DNA of 61,594 bases, filler included, from Jimgerdemannia flammicorona (taxonomy: Eukaryota): the NCBI GenBank assembly GCA_003990765.1. It is 3 parts of 3 records of this genome, joined end to end, with 100 filler letters (N's around TTAATTAATTAA, not from the genome) between each part and the next. Parts side by side here need not be neighbours in the genome. Positions count along the whole stretch, not along the records: positions 41,131 to 61,594 come from RBNJ01001677.1; 2 more parts are not named here. One strand, written 5' to 3'. Each line of letters begins with the position of its first letter. The stretch's first letter is position 1. The notes under the pieces are model-generated. The model did no database searches. It worked only from the letters and a program-made list of their open reading frames with translations, and had not been told where the DNA came from. The position numbers and the translations under genes were made by a program. This document shows, in pieces, positions 49,351 to 61,594 of this stretch.

Positions 49351-52300
49351 TAGGCAGTAGATACTCTTTTCTCTGATAACATTCAGGTTACACAAACTTC
49401 TGGCAATACTCAAGATATTATTTTTAGAGAAAAGATACTAGCAATATAGCAACTGATGGGCTTTCTGAGGTATATACTAGATAGGGTAGCCCTAGTGCAT
49501 TTAACTGGCAGTATATAGAGAGGAGTCATGGCTTGGAGAGAAGTATGTAGAGTTTGCTGGCTGGAGAACATAGAAGAGGAGAAGACAGTACTGGGGGATA
49601 GGAGACTGAGAGAATGAGCTTCACAGACAAGGTGAAGGAGGGTCATTTGATGACTAGACTGAAGAGCTGGCTGAGGAAAAGCAAGAAGATAGTAAGGGCT
49701 ACTAAATGTAGTAGAGTGGTCCAGAGCAGTAAGAGCAGTAGGGCTGAGAGAGTAGTAACTGAAGAGAGTAGGACTACTAATAGCAAAAAGACTACTAATT
49801 AGGAAAAAAATCCAGATATAATAGCTGATAGTAGATCTGAACCAGGGGTGGGCATGAGGCTCAGAGATCTGATAGATAGTGTAATGAGCCTGGTGACAGT
49901 ACTATTACTCAAGAAATCAAGATCAGAATTTGCTATCATACTATATTTTTAGGGCTTAGCAGTGACTGCAAGGATAATTCTGGGGCTTCTGGCTCAGGAG
50001 GTGAAGAGAGCTGCCTTAGTGAAGTTTTTGAAGGAGCTGAAAGGGGTGGAGATTGGATTCAAGAAAGAGGATGTACTGTTGGAGGTAATAGAGAAGAGAG
50101 TAGTAGTGGGAGGGGTGGCAATTTTCATAACCAGGTGCTTATGTTGAGACTCTCAAGTAGTGTAGTTGACAGTGATGGATGTCTCTATAGTGTCAAAGGA
50201 AGTGGTCAGAAGACTGATTGTAGAGGCCATCAAGAAGTATGGGGGTATTGTAGATATTGGGTTTGGGGTCTAGGAAGGCACAGAGTTCAGAATAGGAGAT
50301 ATAGATATCAGAGTATAGCTGATAGATAAGGAGAATACAGAGAGAGCACAGGACTGACCAGTGGTACTCAAATGGAGACCAGTGGAGTATAAAGTCTCTA
50401 GAGTAAAAGAGACACAAGAGAAAGAAAAGGACTTGCTAAAGATATTGGAAGATCTGGCTGAGACTATTGAAAGGAGGAGACTGACCTGGAAGGAGTTTGA
50501 GGCTGCAATGATAGTAGAGATTATGAATGGCAAGAAGGTTAGGCTGAATTGAGCAGCCTGAGAGAGAACACAGAGGAGATATATTCAAAAGAACCTATTG
50601 GCAAAGTTGGGAGAGAGAGGAGCAGAGGGACCCATTACTGAAGAAGCAGGATCAAGAGTAAGTACCTGGGCTAGAGAGAAGAGAGCAGCTCAAGAGGTGA
50701 CCTAAGAAGAGAGAGGTGGCTCTGAGTTGAGTATTATTGTAAAGGATGTGGAGATGGTTGAGGGGGAGTACCCTCAGTATAGTGTGCTGAGTGAGATTAC
50801 TAGTGAGAATAAATTGCAGAATATACTGAAAGAGGATTGAGATAAGTCAGCAGGAAGAAATACAGAGGGTGAGCAGGTAGAGAGAGAGAAGAGAGTGACT
50901 CAGAGAGTTGAGAAAGTGATAGATAAAGAGAAATAGCTGTAGAAAATGCTTGAGAATATGGTAGCTGAGGAGCTGGAGGGAGAGAACTTTTGGATATTGA
51001 ACAAGAGATACTGGACTGAGATCCTATATAGTGAGGAGGTACCAAGGAAACTCCAAGATAGGATAATGACAGCCTTATTAGAAGCTGAGATATATCAAGT
51101 AGATGATGATAGGGAGGCAGCACTTTAGGTGATTATGAATAATTAGACTATATATATGTAGGGTCTAAGGAAAGAACTAACAAAGTGGCAGATAGTGTGT
51201 GAGGAGTATCAGATAGAGATAGAAGCTGTGGATAGTATGGATTGTCAGGAGATCATAGTGGTACTAGATACTCAGCAGAGAGAGATAGACAAGCTTGAGG
51301 CAGAGAGGAATCTGGATCTTGCTGGTAAAGAGATGAGTATAAAATTGTAGGATGGATACTCTTTTTCTAAATATTATTTAAAATGAATAGTACAACAAGA
51401 ATCTTCTCTTTGAATATCAATGGTCTGAGGAGTGCAACAAGGTATCAGAATATCTTTAGTTAGTTGGAGGGGCTGGAAGCAGATCTTTTCTTACTACAGG
51501 ATATGGATTATAATGTAGACTTGGACTTATTAGATTAGATGAGGAAATGGGGAGATATAGCAGTATGGCAGAGTTGGGTAGACATTCTGGTTAGGAAGAC
51601 ATTGGGGACATTGGACATTGGGGGGGCAGATTAGTATAATGAGTGTAGAGGAGGCCAGACTGGAGCCCTCTAACTGTTGGATCATACTACTGCCTAGCAG
51701 AAAGGAGAGAATATATAGATTAGATAAAGAGTCTGTGAGAGGCAGGTGTTTTGGCAGCTGTAGAAATTGACTGTCTGGAGGGTGACTTTAATATAATATG
51801 TAATAGAAGGATAGACAGGACTGATAGAGGGAGGGGAATAGTAGACTGGAGTGGAGAGATGGAAGATTGAGAGGAAATTGAGAGAATGAGCTCTTTGTTG
51901 GATGCTGGGTAACTTGGATAGAGAGATCATCAGATCTATACTCACTGGGTGGCAGGGTTGAGATCAAGGATTGACTGGATATTGACAGCTGAGTGCTAGG
52001 GTACAGATGTCTGGAGTAAGATTGAGATGGTCTGGTATCCTTAGTCTGACTACTAAAGATTGCTGAACAGAGGGAGGTTTGGGGGTGGAGAAGAGGGGCC
52101 TGGACATTAATGTCTAAATATCTCACTACTGGGGAACCACATCTTGTGAAAAGAATAGGTGGTAGATATTAGTACTAGGATTGTTAGCTAGAGGGCACAG
52201 GGGTTGGAGATCAGGGATCATTAGCAGTAGTTGAAATCTGATACTCAATAGTACTGGGGCAAAGCTGGGAGAGAGAGGGAAGCTCAGTAGAGGAGTCATA

Positions 52301-55101
52301 TTAGGTAGGCTTCAAGAGGTTGGAACAACTACTAGAGAGATGGGCTGGATCTTTGGCTAACTATGAGAAAGGAGATTAGAGGACTCAAAGAATCCAGTAG
52401 AAGGTAGAGAAACTGAAGAAACTGCTTAGATAGAAGGAGAAATGGCAGGTGAAGGGGTTGGTAGTAAGGCTATAGTGATATGGTCTGGAGGAGGGAGAGT
52501 GGTCTACAAAGTATTTATTGCAATTGCTATAAGTAAGGAGGATAAGGCAGTGATGGAAAAGAGTACTGAATGAGGTAGGAGATATAGTAACTGGGATGCC
52601 AGAGATCTTGAGCCTACTGCAGTCTTGCTGGAGATAACTGTAGAGTGAGAAAGAGAGTAGTGAGGATACTATTAGCATTGAAAGGCAGTTGGAGGATTGG
52701 TACTCAGATCTAGCTGTGAGTCTAGGTAAACTTAAAGCTCCTATATAAGAAGAGAAGGTATGTTGAGTTTTGGCAATAATGAGTATGGGGACAGCCCCAG
52801 AGGAGAATAGATTGCTGTGGGATTTTTGAAAGAAGATGGCTAGAGTTGAGGTTGTGCTAGAGGAGATGGTGTAGATATATAATGAGGTTATTGGCTCAGA
52901 GACCTAGATTGAAAGATAGCATCTAGGGCTTATAGCTCTATTGTATAAGAACAAGAGAAGAAGAGAGAATTGGAAGAACTAGAGACCAATTATGCTTCTG
53001 GATATAGATCACAAGTTGGTGATGAAGATTTTGATAGCCAGGCTGCAAGAGGTGGCTCAGTAGATATTAGGGGCTGAACAGAGGGGCTTTATTAGAGGTT
53101 ATTTGATCTGAGATAGGACAGCATGAGTTTATAGTATTATTAAGAGTACTCATATAGCTGGGGTAGATGGTCAACTAGTTTTTCTAGACTAAGAGAAGAC
53201 TTATAACAAAGTTTGACATGTATGACTAGAGAGAATATTGAAGTAAATAGAGGTCTCTCTAGGGTTTAGGAGATCATTGATTTGTTTATTGAAGAGGAGT
53301 TAGGTAGTTATTATAGTAAACAGATAGAGGAGAGAGTCCTTCCCCCTGGGTAGAGAAGTGCTGCAAGGGGACCCACTATTACCAATTTTCTATACCCTCT
53401 CATTGAAGCTCCTATTAGACAGAATATAGTATAAAGTTGGGGGTTTAGACATTTTAGGAGTAAACTAGAAGGTTGAGACCTTTGCTGATAATATAGTGAT
53501 TGGGCTGGGCTCTGTAGAGGATGTAACAGCTCTGAAGAATATAGTGGAATGATATGAGAGATACTTAGATACTAGACTCAATTGGCATAAGTGTGAGACT
53601 CTAGTCCTAGGTAGAGGAATAGTTAGTAGTGATGTGATTAGAATGGTAGTCCTAGCTAGAGAAGCAGTCTACTATCTGAGAATTTATTTTTCAGTATATA
53701 GTTCCCTATTATCTTATGATTAGTGAGAGTAGTGGCTACTCACATAGGGGGATATACTCTTGAGGTAGGGAGGCCATTATATCTCTCTGGCAGAGAGAGT
53801 GATAGTGCTGAATGTATACTGGCTGCCTAAGCTGTAATATTTGGGATATCACTTGGACTTTCTGGTATGGGTAATCAAGAGACTGATGAAGATGGCCAGA
53901 TCATAGATCTGGGCAGGATGGCAGAACCAGATTGGCTAGAAGGTATTGAAAATACTAGTAGACAGAGGAGGGCTGGGCCTGGTGGACTTCACCAAGTACT
54001 TATACTGCTTGAGAACATAGTGGTTAAAACAAGTAAGTGAATTGTAGAGACATAGGTATGAGAGGCCTGGGACATAACTGATGACCTACTCACTCTAGTG
54101 GCTCTCAAAGGGAGTAAGAAGATGTACTATAGAAGATTCTGGTGAGAAGTGATAGATAGTATTCACTGCATTGGTCTCTAGTGAAGAGATGATAAGGGAG
54201 AGAAGAAATTGAGACTCCAAATGTGGAGATGGGACTGTCTACTATTAGGAGATATCTCAGTGGATAATTTTTGTCTAGAAGATAACATAGAGTATCTGCA
54301 GGAGCATGAGAGGGATTTGTGGCCAGAGGCATAGTAGGGGGTAGGGATTGATGAGAAGTGGGACTGGAATAGTGTCTGGCCTTGATGTAAGAAGGTGGTG
54401 AGATAGCTGCCCCCTAAGTTCTGAGTGATATAGTGGAGGCTACTTCAGTACAACATGATGCTGAACTACTAGTTGGGATATTTGGTAAAAGAAGGTGCTC
54501 TGGAGTGTAAGAAGTATCTTAATATTGGGCAGGAGGGGGTATAGTGCAGACTCCTGAGTATTGGCTAGGGAAGTGTGAGGTTTTGGGAGATTTCTGGAGA
54601 ATTATTAAGAACCAGATGGGGTTGTAACCTTTGGAGAGAGGGGAGGATGAGAGGTGGGGTGATCTTTGATATATGCTAGTAAGAGGAGTTAGAGATAAGT
54701 GGTTGACTTTTGGGTGGGCTCTGGCCATTTGGGTTGGGCTCACTAGACATTGGCTTTATATATTTGAGGATGGTCAGTGCTTAGTGCTTAGTGCTTGGAG
54801 TATAGGTTGTATAATAAGAGTGGCTATTGCTGGACATTCTGAATGATTGATAGTAGGGGTAGAGACCTAGAGGAGAAATCTATAGAAGACTTAGGGAATA
54901 TATTTACAAGAAGAGTAGGGAGAGGATTAGAGTTGCTGGAGGTTTGGTGACCCTCCAGAGAGAGGGAGAGGGGGGAGGAGAGAGGGGTTTATATGGGATT
55001 AGATGAAGGGTACATTCATACCTTTGTATTAATATAATATAGATTAGATAGTAATCAGTAATAAAGTGGAAGTCCAAGTAACTATAAAAAAAAATAAAAA
55101 A
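49351..55101 (+). mobile_element. Full-length L1/Tx1-like LINE, heavily mutated
   Basis: 13-bp TSD AAATAC(A)(G/A)AGTGA at 49338-49350 and 55102-55114; ORF1 from ~49614; ORF2 MNSTTRIFSLNINGLR at 51383; collinear with 41131-44732; AATAAA plus A-run. Confidence 0.9.
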
Positions 55102-55570
55102 AAATACAAAGTGAGACTATAGATAAAAGTAAGTAAGATATACTAAGAAATGTTATCAGAGTTTTGAAAGTAAGTGATGATTTCTTTGACTTTATATTTA
55201 TTTTATCTGTCTCTATATAGTAATATAATAATTTATCATTCTTAACTACCAGTATTTTGATAATTGTATAAAGAATATAATCAAACAAACTACCCTAATG
55301 ATAAGCTCTACAATACCAGTATACAATCTTTTGATTGATTGACTAGAGAATAAGCTTGAGAAAAGACTAGAGGGTAGTGATGATTTTTAGTTTAGCCTGA
55401 ATCAGAGAGATATTATAGAGATTGCTCTGAGCAAGCTTAGAAAATACTACTCCAAAACAGATACTATTATATATTCAATCAGTATAGATATATCAGCATA
55501 GCAGTTATCTCTTTTAAAAAAGAAAAATTCCCACAAAACTCACTCTCTTTTTCAAAACAGTATTGAATTT

Positions 55571-58500
55571 TTTTTTTTTTTTATATAGTCACTCAGACTT
55601 CCCTTTATTACCACTTAATCTATAAATAATAATACATTTATACCTACAACCTCTCAACTGATGCTTCTCAGATTCCCTTCTTCACTCTCCATCTCTCCCC
55701 ACTAGAGTATAACTTAGCCACCTGCTACCCAAACCCTCCCTCCACTCTTCTTGTAAATATAATTCACCAGACTCTACCAGCCCCCCCCCACCTGGTCCCT
55801 ACCCTTGCCACCAGCCATTCAAAATATCAAGTATTAACCATTCCCACCATACTACCTTAGCCCCAATCTCAACCCACTGGCCCCTCTTGAATACATATAA
55901 CCAATGTCTAGCCAGCCCAACCCAAATTACCAGAGCCCATTCCAAGATCAACCATTCATCCTCAACCCTACCCACTAACCTTTAGTGGAGGTCCCCCTAT
56001 CTCCCCTCTTCTCCCCTCACCAGGGCCCCCAGTTCTAACCAGTTTGCAATATGGTATCAAAACTCCTCTAATACTTCACACTCTCTAAGCCAATATTCAG
56101 GCATTTATACCACTCCTCCCTTCTGGCCAATGTCTATGCATTCCTCACACTCAAATATACCATCTACTATCAAGTGCCCAGACTGATAGTTCAGCATCAC
56201 ATTCTACCTTAGAAACCTCCACCATACTACCCAAAACTTGGGGGAAGCTACTGCATCACCTGCTTACTCTAAGGCCAAAGACTATTTCAGCCCCACTTCT
56301 CACCAATCCCCACTCTCTGCTATGCTTCAGACCACAGAACCTCCCTGAGACCCCACATATATTCCATTCTATTGCCAAGCTGAAAATCCTCCACCAATAT
56401 ACCTCTCAGTAGTAACCTGTCCCATCTTCACATCTGTGGTCCCCAGTCCTCCTCCCCCTCATCACTCTGCTACTGAAGTCAAATTCTCCTTACACTATCT
56501 ACTACTCCCTACCAAAAGCCTTTATAACACATCCTTCTGCTCTCATCCAGGGCCACTATTGCAAGCAGGTCACCAGTCACTCCACAAGAGGAATACTGGA
56601 CTTTCCACACTCTCTGCATGAGTAGAACCCACTCCCAGCCCCTCAACTTGCTTGCCCTCTTCAGCCACCATGCTCTCAGATAATAAAGATATTTGGTAAA
56701 GTCTACTAAGCCTAGCTCACCTCTGTCAACAGGCAAAGTCAGAATCTCCCAGCCTATCTGACTTTGCCTTCTGGCTCAAATTCATGATCTCATCATCTTC
56801 AGAAGTCATCTGACCACTTATACTAAGAAGTCCAGATGATACCCTACATACTATAGCTTTGGCAGCCAATACATATTTAGCACTATCATCCTTCCTGCCA
56901 AAGAAATATACTGACCACCCCACCTCAAGAGAATATTTCTCTATGCCAGTAGCTGCTGTTCCTACCAAGTATAGGGCAGAAGAGACCTATATACTGAAAA
57001 GTATATTCCCAAGTACTAGACTGATTCTTTTGCTAGAACCACCATTCTAATCACATCACTGCCAACTATTCTACCACCTAGCACCAGAGTCTCACATTTG
57101 TGCCAGTTGAGTTGAGCACCTAAGTCTCTCTCATATCATTCTACAGTCCTCCTTAATTCCTCAACATTCTCTAAGGAACCCAGTCTAACCACCATATTAT
57201 CTGCAAAAGCCCCAATCTTCCAGTTAATCTCCAAAATATCTAAACCCCCAATTCTACACCAGATCCTGTCCAATAAGGGCTCCAAGGAGAGGGTATAAAG
57301 AATGGGTGACAAAGAATCTCCTTGTGGTACCTTATGACCAAGTGGAAAAGTCACTCTTCTGTATCTATTTATCTCTAATACTGCTTGACTATTCTCCAAT
57401 AGACTGATTAATGACTGCCTGAACCCCAGGGGAATTCCCACATATTTCAGCACCCCCTCTAGCCAGGCCCTCCTCACTCTGTCATATGCCTTCTCCTGAT
57501 CTAGAAACATTAAGCAGCCATCAACCCCAGCCACCCTAGCACCTTCAATCACTCTATGAACCTAGGCAGTTCTATCTCAGATTAACCAACCACCTACAAA
57601 TCCCCTCTGCTCTACTCTCAGTATCTGCTGAGTGATCCCCTACAGCCTAGTCACCAAAATCTTCATCACTAGCTTGCAGTCTATATCAAGGAGCATGATC
57701 AGCTGCTAGTTCTTCCAATCTTCTCTTCTCTTCTTATCCTTATAGAGCAAAGAGACAAGCCCTAGGTACTGGCCCCCAATCCAAGTTCCAGATCAAAGTA
57801 CCTCATCACACATTGTTTTCATCTCTTTCAGTACCACCTCTATCCCAGCTATCTTCTTCCAAAAATCCCAGGACAGCCCATCCTCTTATGGAGCTGTCTC
57901 TTTACATATCAAAGCCAAGACCTTGCACACCTTCTCTCCCTGCACTGGGTCTCCCAGTAACCCCAGACCCATTGCTGGGTCTAGATGCCAATCCTCTAAC
58001 TGCCATTCAATGTTCAGGGCATCCTCACTCCCTTTACTGTTACTCCATAAGTTCTCTCAGTGAGTCAACAGCAATTTCAAAATTATTGGAGTCCCTGCTA
58101 CTATCTCCCCCTCCTCATCCAAAATACCATCCCACCTCTGTCTGGTTCACTAAGCTTGGAGCAATCAAGATAGAAATCTAGTAGACCTCTCTCTCTCCTC
58201 CAATCTCTGCCATCTCAATCTTGCCACCATCTCCTTCAGCTTAACCTCTTCTGCCCTTTATAGCACTTCCTTAAGCTCATCTACTTCTTTTTGTATCTGC
58301 AAAATTCTCCAATCAGCCACCCCCCTATCCTCCAGTGATGCCACCCACCTCCTCAGAAGTACTGTCAATCTCTGTGAAGCCTATTGTACTTGCTGCTGCC
58401 ACTGAGCACTCCTTCCTTTCCCTGCCTCCCTCCAGTATCTCTGAGCACTCAATTTCAGCTGCCACCAGTGATCTCCAATCACCAGTCCCTACTCTCACTA

Positions 58501-61347
58501 TCCACCAATCTTCTCAATAACTTCCACCTTCCAGTCCATCTATAAAGAACCATCCTCCAATAAAGAAGAATTCAATTGCTAATATCCAGGCCCATCCCCA
58601 CTCCTCCCAAATCTCCCACTCCCTATCAGACCCTAGTGATCTGATCATAGGCACCAGACTACCTCCAGCACATCCCAGACACTCTCTCTCTAGCACTCTA
58701 CTGTCAATACCCAGTTAATCCTAGAGCCCAGCTCTGCCACCCAGTGAGTATAAATTTGGTACTCTGCTCAAAACTAATGCCCTGAGTCAACCAAGGAGCT
58801 CAACCTCTCAATCTCTATCTAATCTTCTAACCCACCACTTTGGCCTCTCATTTCTCTCCCACTATTTGTCCTGTCCACTCCTCTATCATATACCATGTTA
58901 AAATTACCTCCCAGACAATCAATCCCTGCCTCACCCATAATATCAGCCTCTCTCAAGCCTCAGATCCAATCGATGCATTTCCACCTCTCAGTTAGGCAAT
59001 AACATAACCCAATAGTTAAGGGATTCTACCCAGATCTCTTCCATACTTCTCATACCAGCCAACTCCCCCAATGTTCAATATCCTCAATATTCCCCATCTC
59101 CTTTTGAACCAAGATTCTCACCTACCCAGTCTACATAGCTACTCCACTACATTCTCTAGTCTAGTCCTATAAATCCATGCCTTTCTCATACCACACATCT
59201 TGCAATAAGAAGAGATCCACATCTAGTTTCTTCAACCAGCCAAAGATATTCCTTCACCATATCACACCTCTCAACCCATTCATATTCAAAGAAAAGATTC
59301 TAATTGTACTATTTATATTGAATAATGTTTGATATTGAGAGCTCAGTCTAGAATTCCATACTCATCTCATCACTAGTAAGATCTAAGTGCTACTCTGCCT
59401 CCAACTCACCCTCCACTATAGTCTGAGCATCCAGTGCTTCTAAGATTTTCTGATACTCTACCCCATTTACAACCTCCATTTCTGCCCAATAATCCATGCA
59501 TACCACTCTCCACTTCTCTAACCTCTTCCTCAAATTCCACAAGTATACTGCCTGGTTATTTGCAATCTCTTGAAGGGCCTCCTCCCTCTGATCATCAACT
59601 TGATATTCCTCTAACTCCAAGAGCACTACCAGGATCTCATTTCTAATCTTCCTCAGCACCTCCTCCTCATGGAGAATTTCCTCCCAATGTCTATCACTTA
59701 GGACCTGAAGTTCTCTCCCTCTAGCTCCTCAGCTGTCACTTCCTCCAGAGTCTTCCACAGCCACTTCTCTTCATCCACTACCTCAGCAACATCCTGGGCA
59801 ACTCCTTTGACCTCCACCACAGAGTCCACTAAGGTGCTCCTCCTCTCCAACTCATCTCACTTCTCCTCCAGTACATCCAGTAGTTTCTTCTCTCTATTTA
59901 CTCTACTCAAGATACTATACTGAGGGTGGACTTCCTCACCCATTTTGGCATCCTCCACCATGCTGCCTAGTCTCTCCTCACTCGATCCACCCTGGGCTAT
60001 ATCCTGGGCCATCCTGCACTCCTCTGCCTAAGCACTCTCCATCAGTCTAGCACTCTCTTCTCCTGCACTGCTATCTGCCACATCCCCTCCCAACTTCTCC
60101 AACAGCTCCTTTTGGATTTGCCTTCTCTGCACCTTCTCCCAGACCACCCAGTCTATCCTGATCTTCTTTCCATCCACAATCTCTACCACCATCTTAGCTT
60201 CATACTTCTTCCAAGCCAATCTTCTCCTCTTCACTGCTTCTGCCAGATCCTCAAGAGCCTTCAGCAAGTCCTCCTCTTCCTCTGACATCTCCTTCATCTG
60301 TGAAACCTTGCATTCAACCAATCTCCACTTAAGGGTTGCTGGCCAATCTCTCACCTTCCCAGTATTCTCTTTTCCAGCCAGCCTCACCCTGACATTAACA
60401 TCTTCTATCTGGAGTTCAGTACTCTCCCAGACTCTAAACCCAATGTCCACAATTTCTCTATATTCCTTGACTACCTCCACAATCAACTCTCTGGCCTTCT
60501 CTCTCAATACCATAGAAAGATCCAATACTATCAACTATATCACTTGGGAGTTCCAGTATATGTACCTGACCATAGAGACCACTACTCTGCCCACTACTAT
60601 CTCCTTCTCCACAGTCTCCAACAATGATGCCTCTCCCTCAAATCTAACCTTGACCCCTTCTTTCCCCTTTAAGAACTTTATTGAAGCCGTCCCCTTCACC
60701 TCCTATACCACTAGCTCCAAAATCATCCTTATAGTTACTGCTAAGCCTCAGAAGCACAATGTGATAGCAAATTCTAACCTCAACTTTTTGAGTAATGGTG
60801 CCAACACTATACCCATCATGCTATCAGCCAGGTCCTCAGGCCTCATGCTCTTCCTCTATCCTGATCTGCCAACAACCATTATATCTGGATTTTTTTCCAG
60901 ATCCCCAGTCACAGCTTCACTAGCTATCATATTCCTAGCCCCTATACCCACCCCCTTACTGCCAGACCCTCCTATGGGGGCCCCTTTCTGTCCCCTAGCT
61001 GAAGTTATTGATGCCTTCCCCAATCTCAGCCAACTATCCAGACCAGACATCATTCTTCCCATCTTGATCTTATTGGTAAAGATCATCCTCCCCCCTCCTT
61101 ATTATCTCATTCTGCTCCCCCCTCCTCCACCAATATTCCAGCCAACCATAGGGAGCTCTGATATTCCCAACCTGTCTCCTTGCCTTCTTTCAACTTGCTG
61201 CCAGTCAAAGGCCCTGTTGCTCCCCTGGCCAATACACTCACTAGCATACTTGTTACTGTCTATATTGATAGTCTCCTTTCACCAAAAATGTTTTGAAAAG
61301 TGTTGTCTGAGTCTTGTGTTATCTGAATGTTACTAGTAAAAGGTGTG
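55571..61347 (-). mobile_element. Full-length L1/Tx1-like LINE, mutated
   Basis: 13-bp TSD CAGTATTG(A/G)ATTT at 55558-55570 and 61348-61360; RT fragment 57136..57552 (LDQEKAYDRV, PQGDSLSP, FADN); ORF1 fragments 60028..60534 and 59390..59659. Confidence 0.9.
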
Positions 61348-61572
61348 CAGTATTGGATTTATACTTAAAGCTACAATACTATAAAGATCAGGACTAGAAG
61401 CAGTACTATATTGAGGAAGCCAAGCAAGTCATAATTGAAATATATTAGAAAAACTATATACTACTACAAGGTACTGACTAAAGTCTAGATGAATATGCTA
61501 AAGAATCTCTTTTATCACATATTTACTTCAGCAGAAAGAGAAAGAGAGAGCCATTAGTAGAAGAACTGCTGT

Positions 61573-61594
61573 TTTTTTTTTTTTTTTTTATAGT
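61573..61594 (-). mobile_element. 3' tail of another LINE copy continuing beyond the window
   Basis: T-run followed by ATAGT, i.e. ACTAT(A)n on the minus strand, like the other LINE 3' ends. Confidence 0.55.

Larger units (their letters stand above)
44945..61560 (+). mobile_element. Degenerate hAT DNA transposon, interrupted by a solo LTR and two LINEs
   Basis: Ordered transposase remnants: SGSTSN (BED-like, ~48045), ID.*.SSN..FL (~48555), HSRENI (~48670), ITIDNITNN (~48860), HILNLTVQ (~48975), IPVYNLLID (~55315), KLRKYYSKTD (~55435), VLD..LKLQYY (~61350). Confidence 0.75.

Noticed and set aside
60308..61336. 342-aa plus-strand ORF
   Set aside because: Antisense to the purine-rich LINE ORF1/5' region; Ser/Thr/Leu composition is typical of a shadow frame.

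Overview
Eukaryotic window, probably fungal (inferred from the TE families and intron-like signals, not provable here), almost entirely nested transposable elements, with two assembly gaps (20466-20565, 41031-41130). Contents: (i) two divergent families of endonuclease-less Penelope-like retroelements (PLEs), one forming a ~9 kb head-to-head palindrome (1-8946) and one with direct plus inverted pseudo-LTRs (13146-17625); both invert at a short-IR-flanked GAGC/GCGAAGC-rich module and share a C-x2-C-x8-WH-x4/5-C motif in ORF1; (ii) a chromodomain Ty3/Gypsy element with a dUTPase between the Gag knuckle and the protease, and a 2.07 kb 3' LTR carrying an intact 365-aa ORF with its own TATA box; (iii) a different 2.42 kb solo LTR carrying a visibly homologous ORF, suggesting an LTR-borne accessory gene family, the best candidate for an undescribed system; (iv) five L1/Tx1-like LINEs in graded decay, plus the tail of a sixth; (v) a hAT-type palindromic MITE and a hAT transposase pseudogene split by three later insertions; (vi) a CpG-retaining island (~31.8-41.0 kb) containing a small zinc-finger ORF. 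Repeats show C->T/G->A decay, first at CpG and then at CpA/TpG. All alignments were done by eye; no database searches were run.
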